Part shown: positions 29,275 to 43,135 of the stretch, in pieces
How positions within the stretch are numbered: position 1 is the stretch's first letter
How the letters are laid out: each line of letters opens with the position of its first letter
DNA from: the human T2T-CHM13v2.0 reference genome, Homo sapiens
Length of the DNA stretch: 64,000 nt
Direction: 5' to 3' (one strand)
Assembly (NCBI RefSeq): GCF_009914755.1
Contig: NC_060927.1
The notes under the pieces: model-generated
Told to the model about the DNA's origin: nothing
Database searches by the model: none
Seen by the model: only the letters and a program-made list of their open reading frames with translations
Program-made: the position numbers and the translations under genes

Positions 29275-31295
29275 CCAACTTTATTAAATCCTAACCACAC
29301 TCCACATCTCTGAAATAATTACCTGATATAAGAGCAAAAGTTGCCTTTAGCATTTCTTCCAGATCCAGGTTCTGTATTACAATTTTTACTTTGTCATTTG
29401 CATTATCTTGTACCATAACATTTCAACAATGTAATACTAAGAAGTCTGTACACAAGTACAAATAAGGCCAAGAAGACATTGGATCTTCAAGGCTTGGGCT
29501 TGGCCTACCACATGTCAGCCCTGCTTCTGAAAGCCAAGTGGAAGAAGTATACCAGAAAGGTACAACCAGTTCATTGCATCTTTGCTACCATAGGTTACTA
29601 TTGAACATTATTGGTTCTCTAGTGATGATACATTAAATGGTTCAGATCCTTGGGCAGATTATGCTGGTATTCCATATTTGAGCCCCAAATCATAGCTTTC
29701 TGTCACTGTTTCTGCAGTTATAAATTAGAACAATAAGGAATTTCTCTCCTTAGGAAATTCCACTGAGCCCAAGTCAACCATATATACTCTCTCTCTTCCC
29801 TGACAGCGAACTCTCCTTAGGGATCTTATGTGTCAGCAGAATTTAGTCAGGGCTATCTTCTCCTGGGTTTTTCCTAATTTAAATGGCTTTTCCTAATTTC
29901 TCATCTCAGGAAAGTGGTTGAAATTTTGCTTTCTTTATTTACCAAGAGTTTCTTATGCAAACTGGTGCACCCATGTTGGGGGCTCTGATTACCAAGAGTT
30001 AGGTGAAACCTGCTAAATCTAGTGGAAGATTTGTTCACTTAGGAGTGACTTTATGCCTTACATTTGCATAAGTGTGTAACCGCACAGAGTAGAGAAGATC
30101 AGCTCCAAGACAGCTTTCTTTCTTTCTTTTTTTTTTCTTTTTTTAACCTCTGCTTAAACAGAGAAGCAGCTGGTACTCTGCTCAGTAAAACAAATTAAAG
30201 CCCTGCCTCACCAGGCATTCCAGGCTCCCTGTTCCACTGGTATTTTATTATACGCAGCCTCAAAGCAGTCTTTAAGTACTGAGTCTTTATCAATTGAATT
30301 CTATGGGAGGTTTTACTCTTCTCCATTATGCTCTGCCAAATGCTGGCTGGAGCTGTGTGACGCTACAATTCTCTGTCATTCTATCCCCGGAAATCTTTGT
30401 CTGTGTTCTTTATGCATGTTGTGGCTATGGGAGCAGTGTTTTAAAGTCGCTTTGGTGGAAAAAACCCAAACTGAAAACAGCTACTCGACTGGGCAGAAAC
30501 AAGGAGGCCATGACCTTTCTTCTTGGCACGTTAAACAGTCATTCTGGGAGGCAGTGGACCAGGTGTTACTGTTTAACTCTTTCACACAGTCTGATACCCT
30601 GTGGGTTACACAAGCACGTGGGACTTTTGAGATTTTTTTCCAGGGCCTTTAGTGGCTAATAAGTATGAGTAGGATGGGGAAGTTGGGTAAAAATGGTCCT
30701 GCTATGTTATTTATTCTCCCTACTCACCCCTCTCTCCAAGAATGCATGGACACCTAAATTTTAGATCTATTATTTTCTATTTAGATCTATCTGTGAACAC
30801 ATAAATAAATGCTAATGATGGCTTTTGAGTACTGAAGTTAGATGAATTTATATTTTAGAATGAAACTTGACTGAGACTTACCTGGGAATTTGATTACTTC
30901 AGAGTCAAAGATCTTGTTTGTGAAAAAATAAGAATGGGGAGGTAGAACAAGTGTCTGAGTTTGGAATGTCACCCCTTCCCTGATAAGAACCATGCACTAG
31001 AACTAGGGGACTGGGCTATGTGGAATGAACATAGTTGTTCATCATAATCTTCTTGATTCTGTTTACTCAGCTATTATTGGGTAAATTCAAGAGAAAATTG
31101 GGGATAAGAGATAGTCACAGGAAGGATTAGTTGACTGGAAAAGAAAAGAAAATTGCAAAGGAAATCCAAAAGCCACAACAGAGGAGAGTGAAGGGGATGA
31201 GAGTTTCTGTAGGCACTACTCTTCAAAGATGTAGCTGTTGCCTTATAGCCTTTTATATATAAGATGAGCTAGCTTGTGTGGAGCTAGCTCACCAC

Positions 31296-31298
<3 letters not shown>

Positions 31299-31330
<32 letters not shown>
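31299..31330. repeat. (CA)16 microsatellite
   Basis: Perfect dinucleotide run. Confidence 0.97.
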
Positions 31331-31333
<3 letters not shown>

Positions 31334-31394
31334 AGCTCACGTGAAACTGCCTTGGGTATTATTTTGGCTAATATAGCTGATGCAGCTCATAATG

Positions 31395-31886
31395 GTCCAA
31401 GTTTTTAGTTACAGACAACAGAATCCTCTCTAGTTAATGAAAGCAGAAAGTGATTTATTAAAAGATAATGGTAGCTCATAAATCACTGGGATAGTTGAAA
31501 ATAAGTTTGAAGCTGAATGCTGAAACACCTCTCCAAACCATTTCACAGAAATGGAGTACCCAGGGAGCTGTTGCCTCTGCTGTGATCAGGAACTTGCTGA
31601 ATCAGGGAGCTGCTCTTATAACTGGGTGCTCTAGAATAGGTACCTCTGCCAGTAACTATATCAGTAATACGGTGTATCAGTAAGATGGATTTTATATTGC
31701 CTGCCTTTTCATGTGACTAAGTTCTAAATTAAATACTTATGCCACTGTGCAAAACCTAAGTCATATCTTGAACCTTAGCTGCAAGGGAATCTGGAAAGTG
31801 TCATTTTTTTTTCTTATTCTTCTAGTCTCTGCATGCTAGGAATTAAAAATAAGTGTTGATTAAGACACACTACTGTATTCTGCCAC
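31395..31886 (-). mobile_element. Ancient MLT1 (L/N-like) LTR
   Basis: TTTTAGTTACAGACAACAGAA..AAGCAGAAAGTGATTTATTAAAAG...TAGCTGCAAGGGAATCTGGAAAGTG. Confidence 0.55.
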
Positions 31887-32204
31887 TCTATGGAACTTAA
31901 TAGTCTACAAAAAGATCCTTATTCAAAATGAAAGAAAGGATGACCAAATTTAAGTAAAAGAACAACAAATAAGGCAGAACAAAGCCAAAACAAGAAAGAT
32001 GGGGAATATAACCTAGATCTGAATTCCTGACTTATGTAGATCCACCCATCAATAAGAAACAGCTATTTTGGACTTTCTGTGAGAAAAAAAGAAACTTCTG
32101 TTGTGATGAAACAATGAGGTCTGGGGTTATCTGTACAGCATTTAACATTACCCTAGCTAAGGCATCCTAGTCATTGATGTTTCTCCTACTAAGCCTACAG
32201 TTCA

Positions 32205-32650
32205 CTAACCTGTCTTCTACAATCTAGCCAGAATGATGTTTCTGATCATTGTTAGCGTGGTACATAAACTCCTTTGAGACCTTTTCCCAGCCTCTCTCTC
32301 CAGTATCATTTCTTGAAAATTCCCTCCAGATTTACTCCATGTTTCAAAGGATACAATTACTGACTGTTCTTACTGGTTATTGCTCCTATAGCTTTGTAAA
32401 TGGTGTATCCTCTTCCCAGATGCTTTCCTTATCGATATATTTTTCCCTTCAATGACATTAATTTTCCATCCTCTACAGTAGAACTTTTTCTGAGCATTTA
32501 TTATATTGTGATTTTATTACTTCTTTACTTATCCTTCTCCTCTATTATAAAATGATCTCCTGGAAGACAGATCTATCTTATTCAACATGTTATCTCAGTA
32601 CTTAATGTAGTGCTAGGTAAATGATTGATTCTTATTAAATTCATTAACTC
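32205..32650 (+). mobile_element. L2 LINE relic
   Basis: AGCCAGAATGATGTTTCT... ending CTCCTGGAAGACAG..TATCTCAGTACTTAATGTAGTGCTAGG. Confidence 0.55.
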
Positions 32651-32809
32651 ATTAAACATGTTTGGATTATATATTATATGAAAAGACAGGCAATAAACAT
32701 GCAGATAAATACATATGCAACAATTTTAAAATATAGGTGTTATAAAAATAAAAACTCATGGGACAGAGAGAGGCTGAAGTTGAGGTTGGGAATTGCTCCA
32801 TAAGCTTAA

Positions 32810-32985
32810 CAAAGTTTGAATCCTTTAAACTCTGTGCTTTAATTTCCTCATCTATTAAATGGGGATGATGATAGAACATATATCATCAGTTCTTGAAATA
32901 ATTAAATGAGTGTATACATCTAAAATGCTTAGTGAAGAGCCTGGCACATAATAAGTGCTATATAATTGATTGCTATTAATTATTG
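32810..32985 (+). mobile_element. MIR relic
   Basis: CTGTGCTTTAATTTCCTCATCTATTAAATGGGGATGATGATAG...GCCTGGCACATAATAAGTGCT. Confidence 0.8.
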
Positions 32986-33247
32986 TAAATTTATCTTCTT
33001 CATATAAATTAGAAAAATGTGTCTTCTTCCTGTAAACTAAAGAAATTCAACGTCTTCATATAAATTTTGGTTTTAACTTAAACCAGACATAATTAAGATG
33101 CTAAATGTTCTCATAAAAACTCTTTCCCTCTCACACAATTAGATAATGATTTCTAAAGCAGGTTTATGTGCATATGTGTATAGTATGTGTATGCCAGTGT
33201 AATAGGGTGCCTGCAAGTGTGTATATATTTGTACATGCCATGGCTTC

Positions 33248-34446
33248 TGTGTTAGTCTGTTTGCATTACTATAAAGGAACACCTGAAACTGAATACTTTA
33301 TGAAGAAAAGAGGTTTATTTTGGCTTATGGCTTGGCAGGATATCCAGGAAGCATGTGTTGGCATCTGCTTCTGGGGGCGCTCAGGCAGCTTACAATCATG
33401 GCACAAGGGAGAAGGGAAGCTGATACAATGTATTACATGGCAAGAGGGGAATCAAGAGAGAGAGGGAAGAGGTGCTAGGCTCTTTTAAACAACCAAGTCT
33501 CACATGAACTCATAGTGTGATAACTCAGTCATTACTGCAAGATAACCTTTATGTTCTGCTTCCTTTTTATTCATAAGCTCCAACTTTAAGTCATTTCTTT
33601 GCTCCCATATCTTATCATTGGCTGTTAGAAGTAGCCAGGCTACTTCTTTAACACTTGGCTGCTTAGAGATTTCTTCTGCCAGGTATCCTAAATCATCATT
33701 CTTAAATTCAAACTTCCACAGATACGTAGGGTAGGGACACAATGCACCCAAGTTCTTTGCTACAGAGTGACAAGGATAATTTTTGCTTTTGTTCCAAATA
33801 AGTTCATCATTTCAATCTGAGACCTCTTCAGTTTGGCCTTCACTGTCCATATTTCTATTAGCATTTTGGTTATAACCATTTAACCAGTCCCTCAGAAGTT
33901 CCAAAATTTCCCTCATCTTCCCATCATCTTCTGAGGCCTCCAAACTCTTCCAGCCTCTTGCTGTTACCCAGTTCCAAAGTACTTCCACATCTTCAGATAT
34001 CTTTATAGCAATGCCTTACTTCTCAGTACCAATTTTCTATGTTAGTCCATTTTGTGTTACTATAAAGAAATACCTAAGACTGGGTTATTTATGAAGAAAA
34101 GTCATTTATTTTGGCCCATGGTTCTGCAGGCTATACAGGAAGCATGGTGCTGGCATCTGCTTCTGGTGAAGGCCTCTGGGAGCTTACAGTCATGGTGGAA
34201 GGTGAAGGGGGAGCTGGTGTATCATACGGCAAGAGATGAAGCAAGAGAGAGAGGGAGGAGGTGTCAGGCTCTTTTAAACAAGCAGATCTCATATGAACTC
34301 ATAGAGTGAGAACTCACTGATTACCACTAGGACAGCATCAAACCATTCCTGAAGGATCCATCCGCATGACCCAGACACCTCCCAGGAGACTCACCTCCAA
34401 CTTTGGAGGTCACATTTCAGGTGGAAAAAACATCCAAACTATATCA
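33248..34446 (-). mobile_element. MST (MSTA/MSTB-type) MaLR provirus with large internal deletion
   Basis: 5'LTR 34038-34446, internal segment ~33545-34037 (ORF LWKFEFKNDDLGYLAEEISKQ, typical MaLR-int), partial 3'LTR 33248-~33544; 5-bp TSD GCTTC/GCTCC. Confidence 0.88.
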
Positions 34447-36282
34447 GCTCCTGTGGAAATAATATGGTTTGAGGAGGAATCAGACACTTATTATTACATT
34501 ATTTTTGTACTAAGTTTATTTTCATATAATTTTAGAAGTCTATTTTACAACTTAATACTAAAATTTGAGTTAATTATAGCTAAAATTTAATACTAAAATT
34601 TTAGTTAGTGAATTAAAAATGTCAAATCAAAATCAACCCTTACAATCAACCATTGAATAATTTAATGTATATATTGTTCTTCAAAAGTAAATCACATGAA
34701 CAGCGGGAAGTCTCCCTTTTAACATCATCCTTCCAATTATAATACATGCTTCTGTCATATTCATGCATTTATAATCTTCCCCCACCATGTTGAATAGGTG
34801 TAAGTTGTTTCCATTTAAACTTATACAGATCTATTATTTTGTCTTTTGCAGGTTTCTTTTAAACACAATTACCTTGAAGGAAAAGATTAGTTTATGAAAG
34901 GAATTTATGCAAAAATGAAAAAAAAAATGATGCTCGAGTTGCTTTTCAGTTTTAGAGGGTTTTTTCTCCATATTTAAAGACTGCATTATATAGTCATTCA
35001 TTCTGTAAATTAAACCTTTGATTCCTAGTAGCATTATGCAAAGCTAGTATATTGTACCTATTTGCAAATACATTATATTAGTGAATGGTGTCTTTTTCTT
35101 TGCCTAAATTGCCAAAATGTTTCCACAATATAAAAAGGACATCTTAAATGTTACCAAAATAGAAAGTTTTTGTATGAGCTATACAATATAGAGTGTAGTC
35201 ACTCCAGGTGCCCAAAGATATGTGGAACTATGGAAGAAAAGAAGCAAAAGCCCTCTGAAAAAGTTAAAGGCACACTATATAAATATCATGGAAAAGTCAC
35301 CCAGGGACACCTAATCACTGAAGCACCGCTACTGAACATAAACATAAAGTGTAGTTTCATAAAACTAGGCTTTGGAAAAATTTTCCCAATCCTACCCTTT
35401 TCTTGCTCCAAAAGTAACTGTTGACACTTCAGATTCATCTCTTTATGATGGAAAAAATCATCAAAAACAGAGCAGTGGAAATGGGGCAAAGCTGCAGTTG
35501 CTTACAAATTCCAGACCATTTTGTCACTGTATTTTGAACAGCAACTGACATAGAGTGTTAACACTCTTGTATTCTCCTCATTCTATAGATTGTATTTTCA
35601 TGGGACAGCACACAATCCCAGGGATGGAACAGAACCTGAAAAGACGTGGCATTTAAACAGCTAAGATGTTTCTCTATCTCTTTATCTAGTCTTAACCACT
35701 GTCTTTAGTAAACAGAGAATTAAAAAGAAAAAGAAGGGCTTGAAAAGGCCTTTATACTATTTGTGAATAGACAATGGAGTTTTTCAAGGCGACAAGCAAT
35801 CCGAAAGGAGAAGAGGGATACTCTTTCCCCTAAGAATTTAAGAAGAAAGTGGACTTGGATGTGTTATTTCTTCTAAAGTGTTGTGCAACTGAAGGTGTGT
35901 TCATAGGGTAAACATCCTGTCAAACACACCTACATACACATACACAAACAGACAACAGAAACTGTTTATGAAAAAATGCTTAAGTATTAGCAGACAGCTA
36001 CTATTAAAATGAAACTGCATATCTTCCTAAGTATTTATTATAATATTTGTATGTGTAAGTGTTGTAAATTAACTAGTAAGAGAAAAAAAGAATGATGAAC
36101 AATCTAATATTCAATATTATTTTTACAACGTGTATGTATATAAAAATAAAGCTTACCCTCCTGGGTGATTTGACCATTTGCTGTACAAGACCCTTTCTCA
36201 CATATTCTCTTGGAATTCTCACAGCAGTTTTAATCCACATAATTTACCTCCTTTATCTCTCAGAGACACTGATGAGGTCCAC

Positions 36283-36560
36283 TTTGTTTGTTTGTTTTTG
36301 AGACAGGGTATCATTCTATTGCTCAGACTGGGGCAGTGGTGTTATCATGGCTCGCTGCAGCCTCGACCTTCTCGGCTCAAGGGATTCTCCTACCTTAGCC
36401 TGCCAAGTAGTTGGGACTACAGGTGCAAGCCACCAAACTCAGATTTTAATTTTTATGTATTTATTTGTTTTGTAGAGATGGGGTCTCACTATGTTGCCCA
36501 GGTTGGTCTCAAACTCCTGGGCTCAAGCCATCCTCCTGCCTCAACCTCCCAAAGCGCTGC
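36283..36560 (-). mobile_element. AluJ SINE, slightly 5'-truncated
   Basis: (TTTG)n tail, GAGACAGGG..CATGGCTCGCTGCAGCCTCGACC..CTCCTGGGCTCAAGC. Confidence 0.88.
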
Positions 36561-37654
36561 AGGGGAGGTCACACCAAAAAATCTGTTTTCAATGAGTTCT
36601 ATACATGTGACAGAAGACAAATGAAAGAATACTTTAGTCTCTTGGGCAGACATTGATCACCACAGGCCTGGGTATGACCTTGCAAGCCCTTGAGTGGCGA
36701 AAGGCCCTGGCAGGTCTACTCTGGTGTTGAGCAGTGTCTGTTTACCCCAGAGTGCAGTATAAAAATTATCATTTTAAGATAGGAAAACATTGCCCTAAGG
36801 AAGCCCTGATTTTCTAGGCTTCAGAGTTCCTTTGAATTTCTTTATTTTGCGCAGATAGTCTTTGATTATACTCTGTTGTATCTACCTCTATCTCTATTTT
36901 TATCTATATCTGTTCCACAAATATTTCTTGAGCATATACAATACACCATGCACAGTACAAATAAACAAAATATGATTTTGATGAATACTGTGCAGATAAG
37001 CAAAGCCTAAAGTGAAAACATAGTTTGTGACAAGTAATGACTAGAAACTTTGTTTAATTTATACAGTATTTCTATGTTATGAAATAAGCCTTTTGCTTTT
37101 TCCAAAACTGCAACCATTCTTTCTTTAGGTCAGTTTAATTTCCTTGCTCTTCTTCTAAGTATGAAATGCTGTTATTTGTTTTCGTCTATAAACTAGAGTA
37201 CACCAACTGGATTATCTGTTACTCTCAATATTATTGATTTGAAAGATCCTCCTCTTGGTATTTCTGATGAAACAGCCAAAATATCCTAGTATTTCTGTTT
37301 GTGATGATTCAAAATCAATGAAGCAAGCTATTTCCCTTGAATGCTGTTATCCATGACAAAGGAGCTAACTGCTTAATTCCAGGGGTCTGTTATTATTTGT
37401 AAACTGGTTCTTAAATAAGGATACTTAGAGATGCCTCTTGCTCCAGATGGTACCATTTAACTGCCTGTGTTACTCATGAGTGATTTTCTGCTTTAGCTTT
37501 AAACAAATACTTAACGCAGCAATTCTGTTATCAAGAATTCTCTCTCAAAATTGGAACAAAATCCTGAAGTGCTGCATGAAGTGGCAGCACAAGCAATTTC
37601 CTCATGGGTTAAAAATAAACGGAGCATGACTGTGCTGGTAGGTAAAAAAGGGAA

Positions 37655-37818
37655 CTGTAGCCAACTAGAAAGAGAAAAGACCTCTGGTCTGTCTGAAGAC
37701 CTGAGTGCAAATCTTTGCTTGACAACTCATTACCCTGTGACCTGGGTAGATCACAGAAAAGTAGGGATTAGGTCATTCTTTTCATATGATTTGTTTATGA
37801 ACTAAATAAAATAATATT
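37655..37818 (+). mobile_element. MIR relic
   Basis: GAAGACCTGAGTGCAAATC..CTGTGACCTGGGTAGATCAC. Confidence 0.55.
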
Positions 37819-37824
37819 TTTCCA

Positions 37825-38060
37825 TCACTATTTCTGATGAATGTTAATAGATGTTACCAGAAAAAAAAGCTTCCATGGTTGTAATCATTTGAGAAACACT
37901 AAGTTAAACCAGGAATTAAGTTTTTAAATGTGAAACACTTCTCAGTCTTTACAATGCTCATATGTTTTGTGACTTTTAGAAAAGACATAGGTGATATGTT
38001 TTCTAAATATATTTGGCTCACAGCCAGCAATATCCTATGGAATACACTTTGGGAAATGCT
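37825..38060. mobile_element. MER103C-like hAT-Charlie relic
   Basis: Ends ..CTATGGAATACACTTTGGGAAATGCT (Charlie-type TIR); internal TTTGAGAAACACTAAGTTAAAC. Confidence 0.55.
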
Positions 38061-38624
38061 ATCCTAATCTCGAAAGTGCTGTTCAAAGGTAAGCTGTTAA
38101 AAATTTAGATGTTAACAATATTTACCTGGAGCCTATGTTTTACTCATTTGTGTTTTGAAAGATCTTATTTTTTAAAAAATGATTCCTTTTTTTCTTGAGC
38201 TGCCATAGGTAAGTTTAACTTCCTTTTTCTCTTTTTTCTAACTACGAAACTTTGTTTCTTGCCCATATCCGTGAACCCAGAGTTAAAAAAAATATAATTC
38301 CTACCTGATTATCAAAATAAACCCATTATATATAATATTTTAAAATAAATTTGTTAGCATTTATGATAGGTAGTACATCAAGTACTTAAAAATAAACAAA
38401 TGAAAAGGAAAGCAAAACAAAACAAATTTGTGTCTACAGTTCGGAGAACCCTAGCTGTACTTCTCAGCTTTGTGCTTAAAATGTAACCAGACATTATTTT
38501 TGCCTTCATGGAATTTCTACTCTAGAATTTTATCATAATGTAAGCTGAAACTCTGTATAAATTTTAATGCTATTTTTGCATTCCTCTTGGTAATGCATTC
38601 AAAATGTTAGAATATTTGAAAAAC

Positions 38625-38795
38625 AGCTCAAGTACTGGATAAAAATCTTGGATTCAAATTCTAAAGGGTCACTTACTTGCTCTATGATTGCTACAATTTA
38701 CTCAGCCTCAGTTTTCTCATATATTAAATGGTTATAGTGATACCTACCTTCTAGAATAGTTGTGAAGCACAAGTAAGGAAATTATTAGATGACAC
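38625..38795 (+). mobile_element. MIR relic
   Basis: TGGATTCAAATTC..CACTTACTTGCT..GCCTCAGTTTTCTCAT..ATACCTACCTT. Confidence 0.65.
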
Positions 38796-39189
38796 TTACT
38801 GACATGCATTTGTTACTCTTGAGGGATAATAGAAGAGAAAGTAATATATGTACCTACTAAAATAAAAATGACTTTTGGTTATTTCCTGAATTAGGAAAAA
38901 AATACATACATTTCTGAATTAGGAAATGACCACAAGTGCCCAGTTTCTAAAAATTAGAAACAAATATATTTTTATTAAAGTAACTCTAAATGACAGTGCA
39001 GTGAATTTCAGTTTATATTTCAAAGAACAATACAAAATAGCTAATCTATGCTGCATATCTGTGTCTATGGAAGTCTTTCTTTTAATCTTTCATATTTCTT
39101 TTCCATGCCCTTTTACATGTTCATTGTTACTTAGCTCACATAATAGGGTTTGAATTTTGGTACCCCTCCTTTAAAAATGCTAAACTATC

Positions 39190-41457
39190 TTTGTTTTTTT
39201 TAATTGATATATAATAGTTGTACATGTTTTGGGAATACATGTGATATTTTACATGTATACATGTAAAATGTGTAATAATCTAATCAGGGTAATTGGAATA
39301 TTAATTGTCTCAAACATTTACCTTTTCTTTGTGTTGGAAACATTACAATTCTTCCCTTCTAGTTATTTTAAAACATACAGTAAATTACTGTTAACTACAA
39401 TCTCTCTACTGCACTATTGAATTCTGTAACCTATTTCTTCTTTTTAAATGGAATGTTGTATCCACTTACCAACTTCTCCATCTCCTCCCTTTCCTCCCTA
39501 CCCTCCCCAGCCTCTGTTAACTATAATTCTACTCTCTACCTCCATGAAATGTACTTTTTTAACTTCCACATGTGAGTAAGAATATGTGGAAATTGTCTTT
39601 CTGTGCCTTGCTTAACATAATGACCTCCAGTTCCAACCATGTTGCTTCAAATGACAGGATTTTATTCTTTTTTATTACTGAATAATATTCCATCGTGTAT
39701 ATACACTGCATTTGCTTTATCCATTCACTCACTGATGGTTGATTCCATATCTTGGGTATTGCGAATAGTGCTGCAATAAACATTGGAGTACAGGATCTTC
39801 TTGATGTACTGATTTCCTTTATTTTGGATATATACTCAGCAGTGCGATTGCCGGATCTCATGTGATACGGTTTCGCTCTGGGTCCCCACCCAAACCTCGT
39901 CTTGAGTTGTAATCCCCATGTGTTGAGGAAGGGACCTGGTGGGAGGTGATTGGATCATGGGGTGGTTTCTCCCATGCCATTCTCGTGATAGTTTATGAGT
40001 CCTCATAACAGCTGATGGTTTTAATGTGTGACATTTCCTCACTCTCTTTCCTGCCACATTGTGAAGAAGGTGTTTGTTTCTCCTTTGCTTTCGCCATGAT
40101 TTTAAGTTTCCTAAGGCCTCTTCAGCCATGCAGACCTCTTTTTGTTTATAAATTCACAAAAGTCAATTAAACTTTTTTGTTTATAAATTACCCAGTCTCA
40201 GCTAGTATTTTTATAGCAGTGTGAAAACGGACTAATGCAACATGGTAGTTATATTTTTAGTTGTTTTGTGTTTCCATAGTGGCTGTGCTAATTTACATTC
40301 TCACCAACAGTGCACAAGCAGCATCCCCTTTCTCTGCAACTTTGCCAGAACCCATTATTTTTTGTCTTTTAGATTATTGCCATTTTAACAGATGTGAGAT
40401 TATATTTCATTGTGGTTTTAATTTGCAGTTCTCTGATGATTAGTGATAATGAACATTTCTTTCATATACCTGTTGGCCATTTAATTTTTATGTTTTGTTT
40501 TTGAGAAATGTCAATTTTGGTCTTTTGCCCATTTTTTAATGATTATTTTTGTTATGGAGTTATTTGAGTTCCTTTTGTATTATGGTTATTAATCTCTTGT
40601 TGGATAGATAGTTTGCAAATATTTTCTCTCATCCTGTAGGTTGTCTCTGTATTTTATTGATTGTTTCTTTTGCCATGCAGAAGCTTTTTAGCTTGATGTA
40701 ATTTAATTTGTCTATTTTTCCCTTTGAGGCCTATGCTTTCAAGCTCTTACTCAAAACACCTTTGCCCAGAACAATGTCTTGTAGCATCTTCCCAGTGTTT
40801 TCTTCTAGTAGTTTCACAGTATCAGGTCTTCCATTTAGGTTTTTAATCCATTTTGAGGTGGCTTCTGTATATGGTACCTGATAGGGCTCTAGTTTCATTC
40901 TTTTGCATATGGAAATACATTTTTTTTTCCAGCACCATTTATTTATTAAAGAGACTGTTCTTTCCCCAGTGTATGTTCTCAGCACTTTTGTCAAGAGTCA
41001 GTTGGCTGTAAGTGCATGGATTTATTTCTGGGTTCTCTATTCTGTCCCATTGGTCTATGTGTGTGTTTTTAGGCACACACATAGACTAATGTTGTTTTGG
41101 ATATTATAGCTTTGTTGCATAATTTGAAGTTTAGGTATTGTGATGCTTCCAGCTTTGTTCTTTTTCCTCAGGATTGCTTTAGCTATTTGGAATATTTTGT
41201 GGTTCCACATAAACTTTAGGATAGTTTTTTCTATTTCTATGAAGAATGTCATTAGTATTTTGATTGGTATTGCATTGAATTTGTAGACCACTTCGGGTAG
41301 TATGAACGTTTTAACAAAATTAGTTCTTCCAATCCATGAGCATAGGATACCTTTCCATTTTGTAGGGCCCTCTTTAATTTATTTCATCAGTGTTTTATAG
41401 TTTTCCTTGTAGAGATCTTTCACTTTTTAGTTAAATGTATACCTAAGTATTTTTATT
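39190..41457 (-). mobile_element. 5'-truncated L1MA-type LINE interrupted by THE1D
   Basis: L1MA-type 3'UTR (TTAATTGATATATAATAGTTGTACAT..); ORF2 remnants in ORFs 39559-39861 (CTPMFIAALFAI..WNQP), 40731-40994 and 41055-41291 ([10 protein letters not shown]). Confidence 0.9.
39863..40239 (+). mobile_element. THE1D-like MaLR solo LTR
   Basis: TGATACGGTTTCGCTCTGGGTCCCCACCCAAA...AAACGGACTAATGCA; 5-bp TSD TCATG/ACATG; small internal duplication of TTTTTGTTTATAAATT. Confidence 0.88.
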
Positions 41458-42662
41458 AAATCCTAGTCTATCTTACAGCCTCTTTTAATTTTATGTTTCT
41501 GATGGTCTCAGGAATAATAATGGCTATATTAATTATTTTTATTTTAAAATTATTGTCTTCATCTTGAATTGATACTTTCTTCCAATTTCAGTGTCTGCTT
41601 CATCAGTACAGTGATCATTTGCACATATGAAAATCATTGTGAGCATTGGTGCAGATTATAGGGGCAAGCACTGAGCACAGGGGGAGATTTATAGCTAACT
41701 GTTGTGTTTTAAGATGTGATGGGAGGTTGTTCTCATAGATCAAGTGTTTGTTTATTAGTAAGTGGAGGTCAGCTAGAATATGACAGCACCACCTCTGGTT
41801 TCTCCAGCAGTGATGGCTGGCAGATTTGAGAGTAAGGGGTTGGCATGGCTGTTCTCTTGCCCTTAACAAATTTAAACCACCTATTTCCTTCGTTTTTCTG
41901 CCTCTTAGACTAGATTTTTCTGGAGTTCTGATGGCAATACTCACTTCATAGCAAATCTCTCTTTTTCCTATATGGCACTAATGGTTATTTAGATCTGTTA
42001 AATTTTCCCATTGGTTTCCAACTCTTTGGTATATTCAGAAATTCTTTTGCTTTCTGGTTGGTACTTCTACGAATTTTTTCTAATTTTCTAACGCTTATTC
42101 TTTCTTTCCAGTGGGAATTTTTATGGGGAGAGGGAGAGGTAAAGTCTTGTGCTAGTCATCTGTCTTGAGCTGGAACACTTTAAAATGATTTTCTTTCTAT
42201 TATATTGTCCTTTAAAAACCATACATTGTTACAATGGAACTTTCTTTTTACTCCCCTTAAAGCATATTTGACTACAGCCACCAAAGAAATTTATTTCCAA
42301 ACTTTTGGTTGATTTAATCCCTCAACAGAAGAAATTCGTTTTTGTAGTTGAATATGCATTGTTCATTCATTCATACATTCATCAAATACTTGCTCAGCCC
42401 CTCTTAGATACTGGATTATGAAGAAATATAGACACAGTCTGGCCAGCGGCAGAACTATACTCCAATGTGCAAATAAGGTTTTCTTTATTGTTTTCTTTAT
42501 TCTTCCAGAAGAAGAGTGAATCTGTTTTTACCTTTCTGCTAATTTAACTTATTAGCATAGCATATGTTTACTTTATGTTTAAAAAATTGCTTACTATTTG
42601 TACAGTAAAAATCTTCATTTTAACTTTGCAACCACTAAAAAAGAATACCAAAAGAAGTGTGA

Positions 42663-42956
<294 letters not shown>

Positions 42957-43135
42957 GGATAGAGGAAGCATTTTGGAATACAGATATGTTCATGATCTTG
43001 ATTGTGGTGATGATTTAATGGGTGCAAAAATTATCTAATTGTACCTTTTAAATATATGCAGTTTATTGTATGTCCATTATACCTCAATTAAAATTGTTTT
43101 TTAAAAAACAAACAAAAAAACAAAACAAAACAAAA
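42957..43135 (+). mobile_element. Old L1M (L1MC/MD-like) extreme 3' end with (CAAAA)n tail
   Basis: GATATGTTCATGATCTTGATTGTGGTGATG..TATGCAGTTTATTGTATGTCCATTATACCTCAATTAAA is the typical L1MC-type terminus. Confidence 0.8.
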
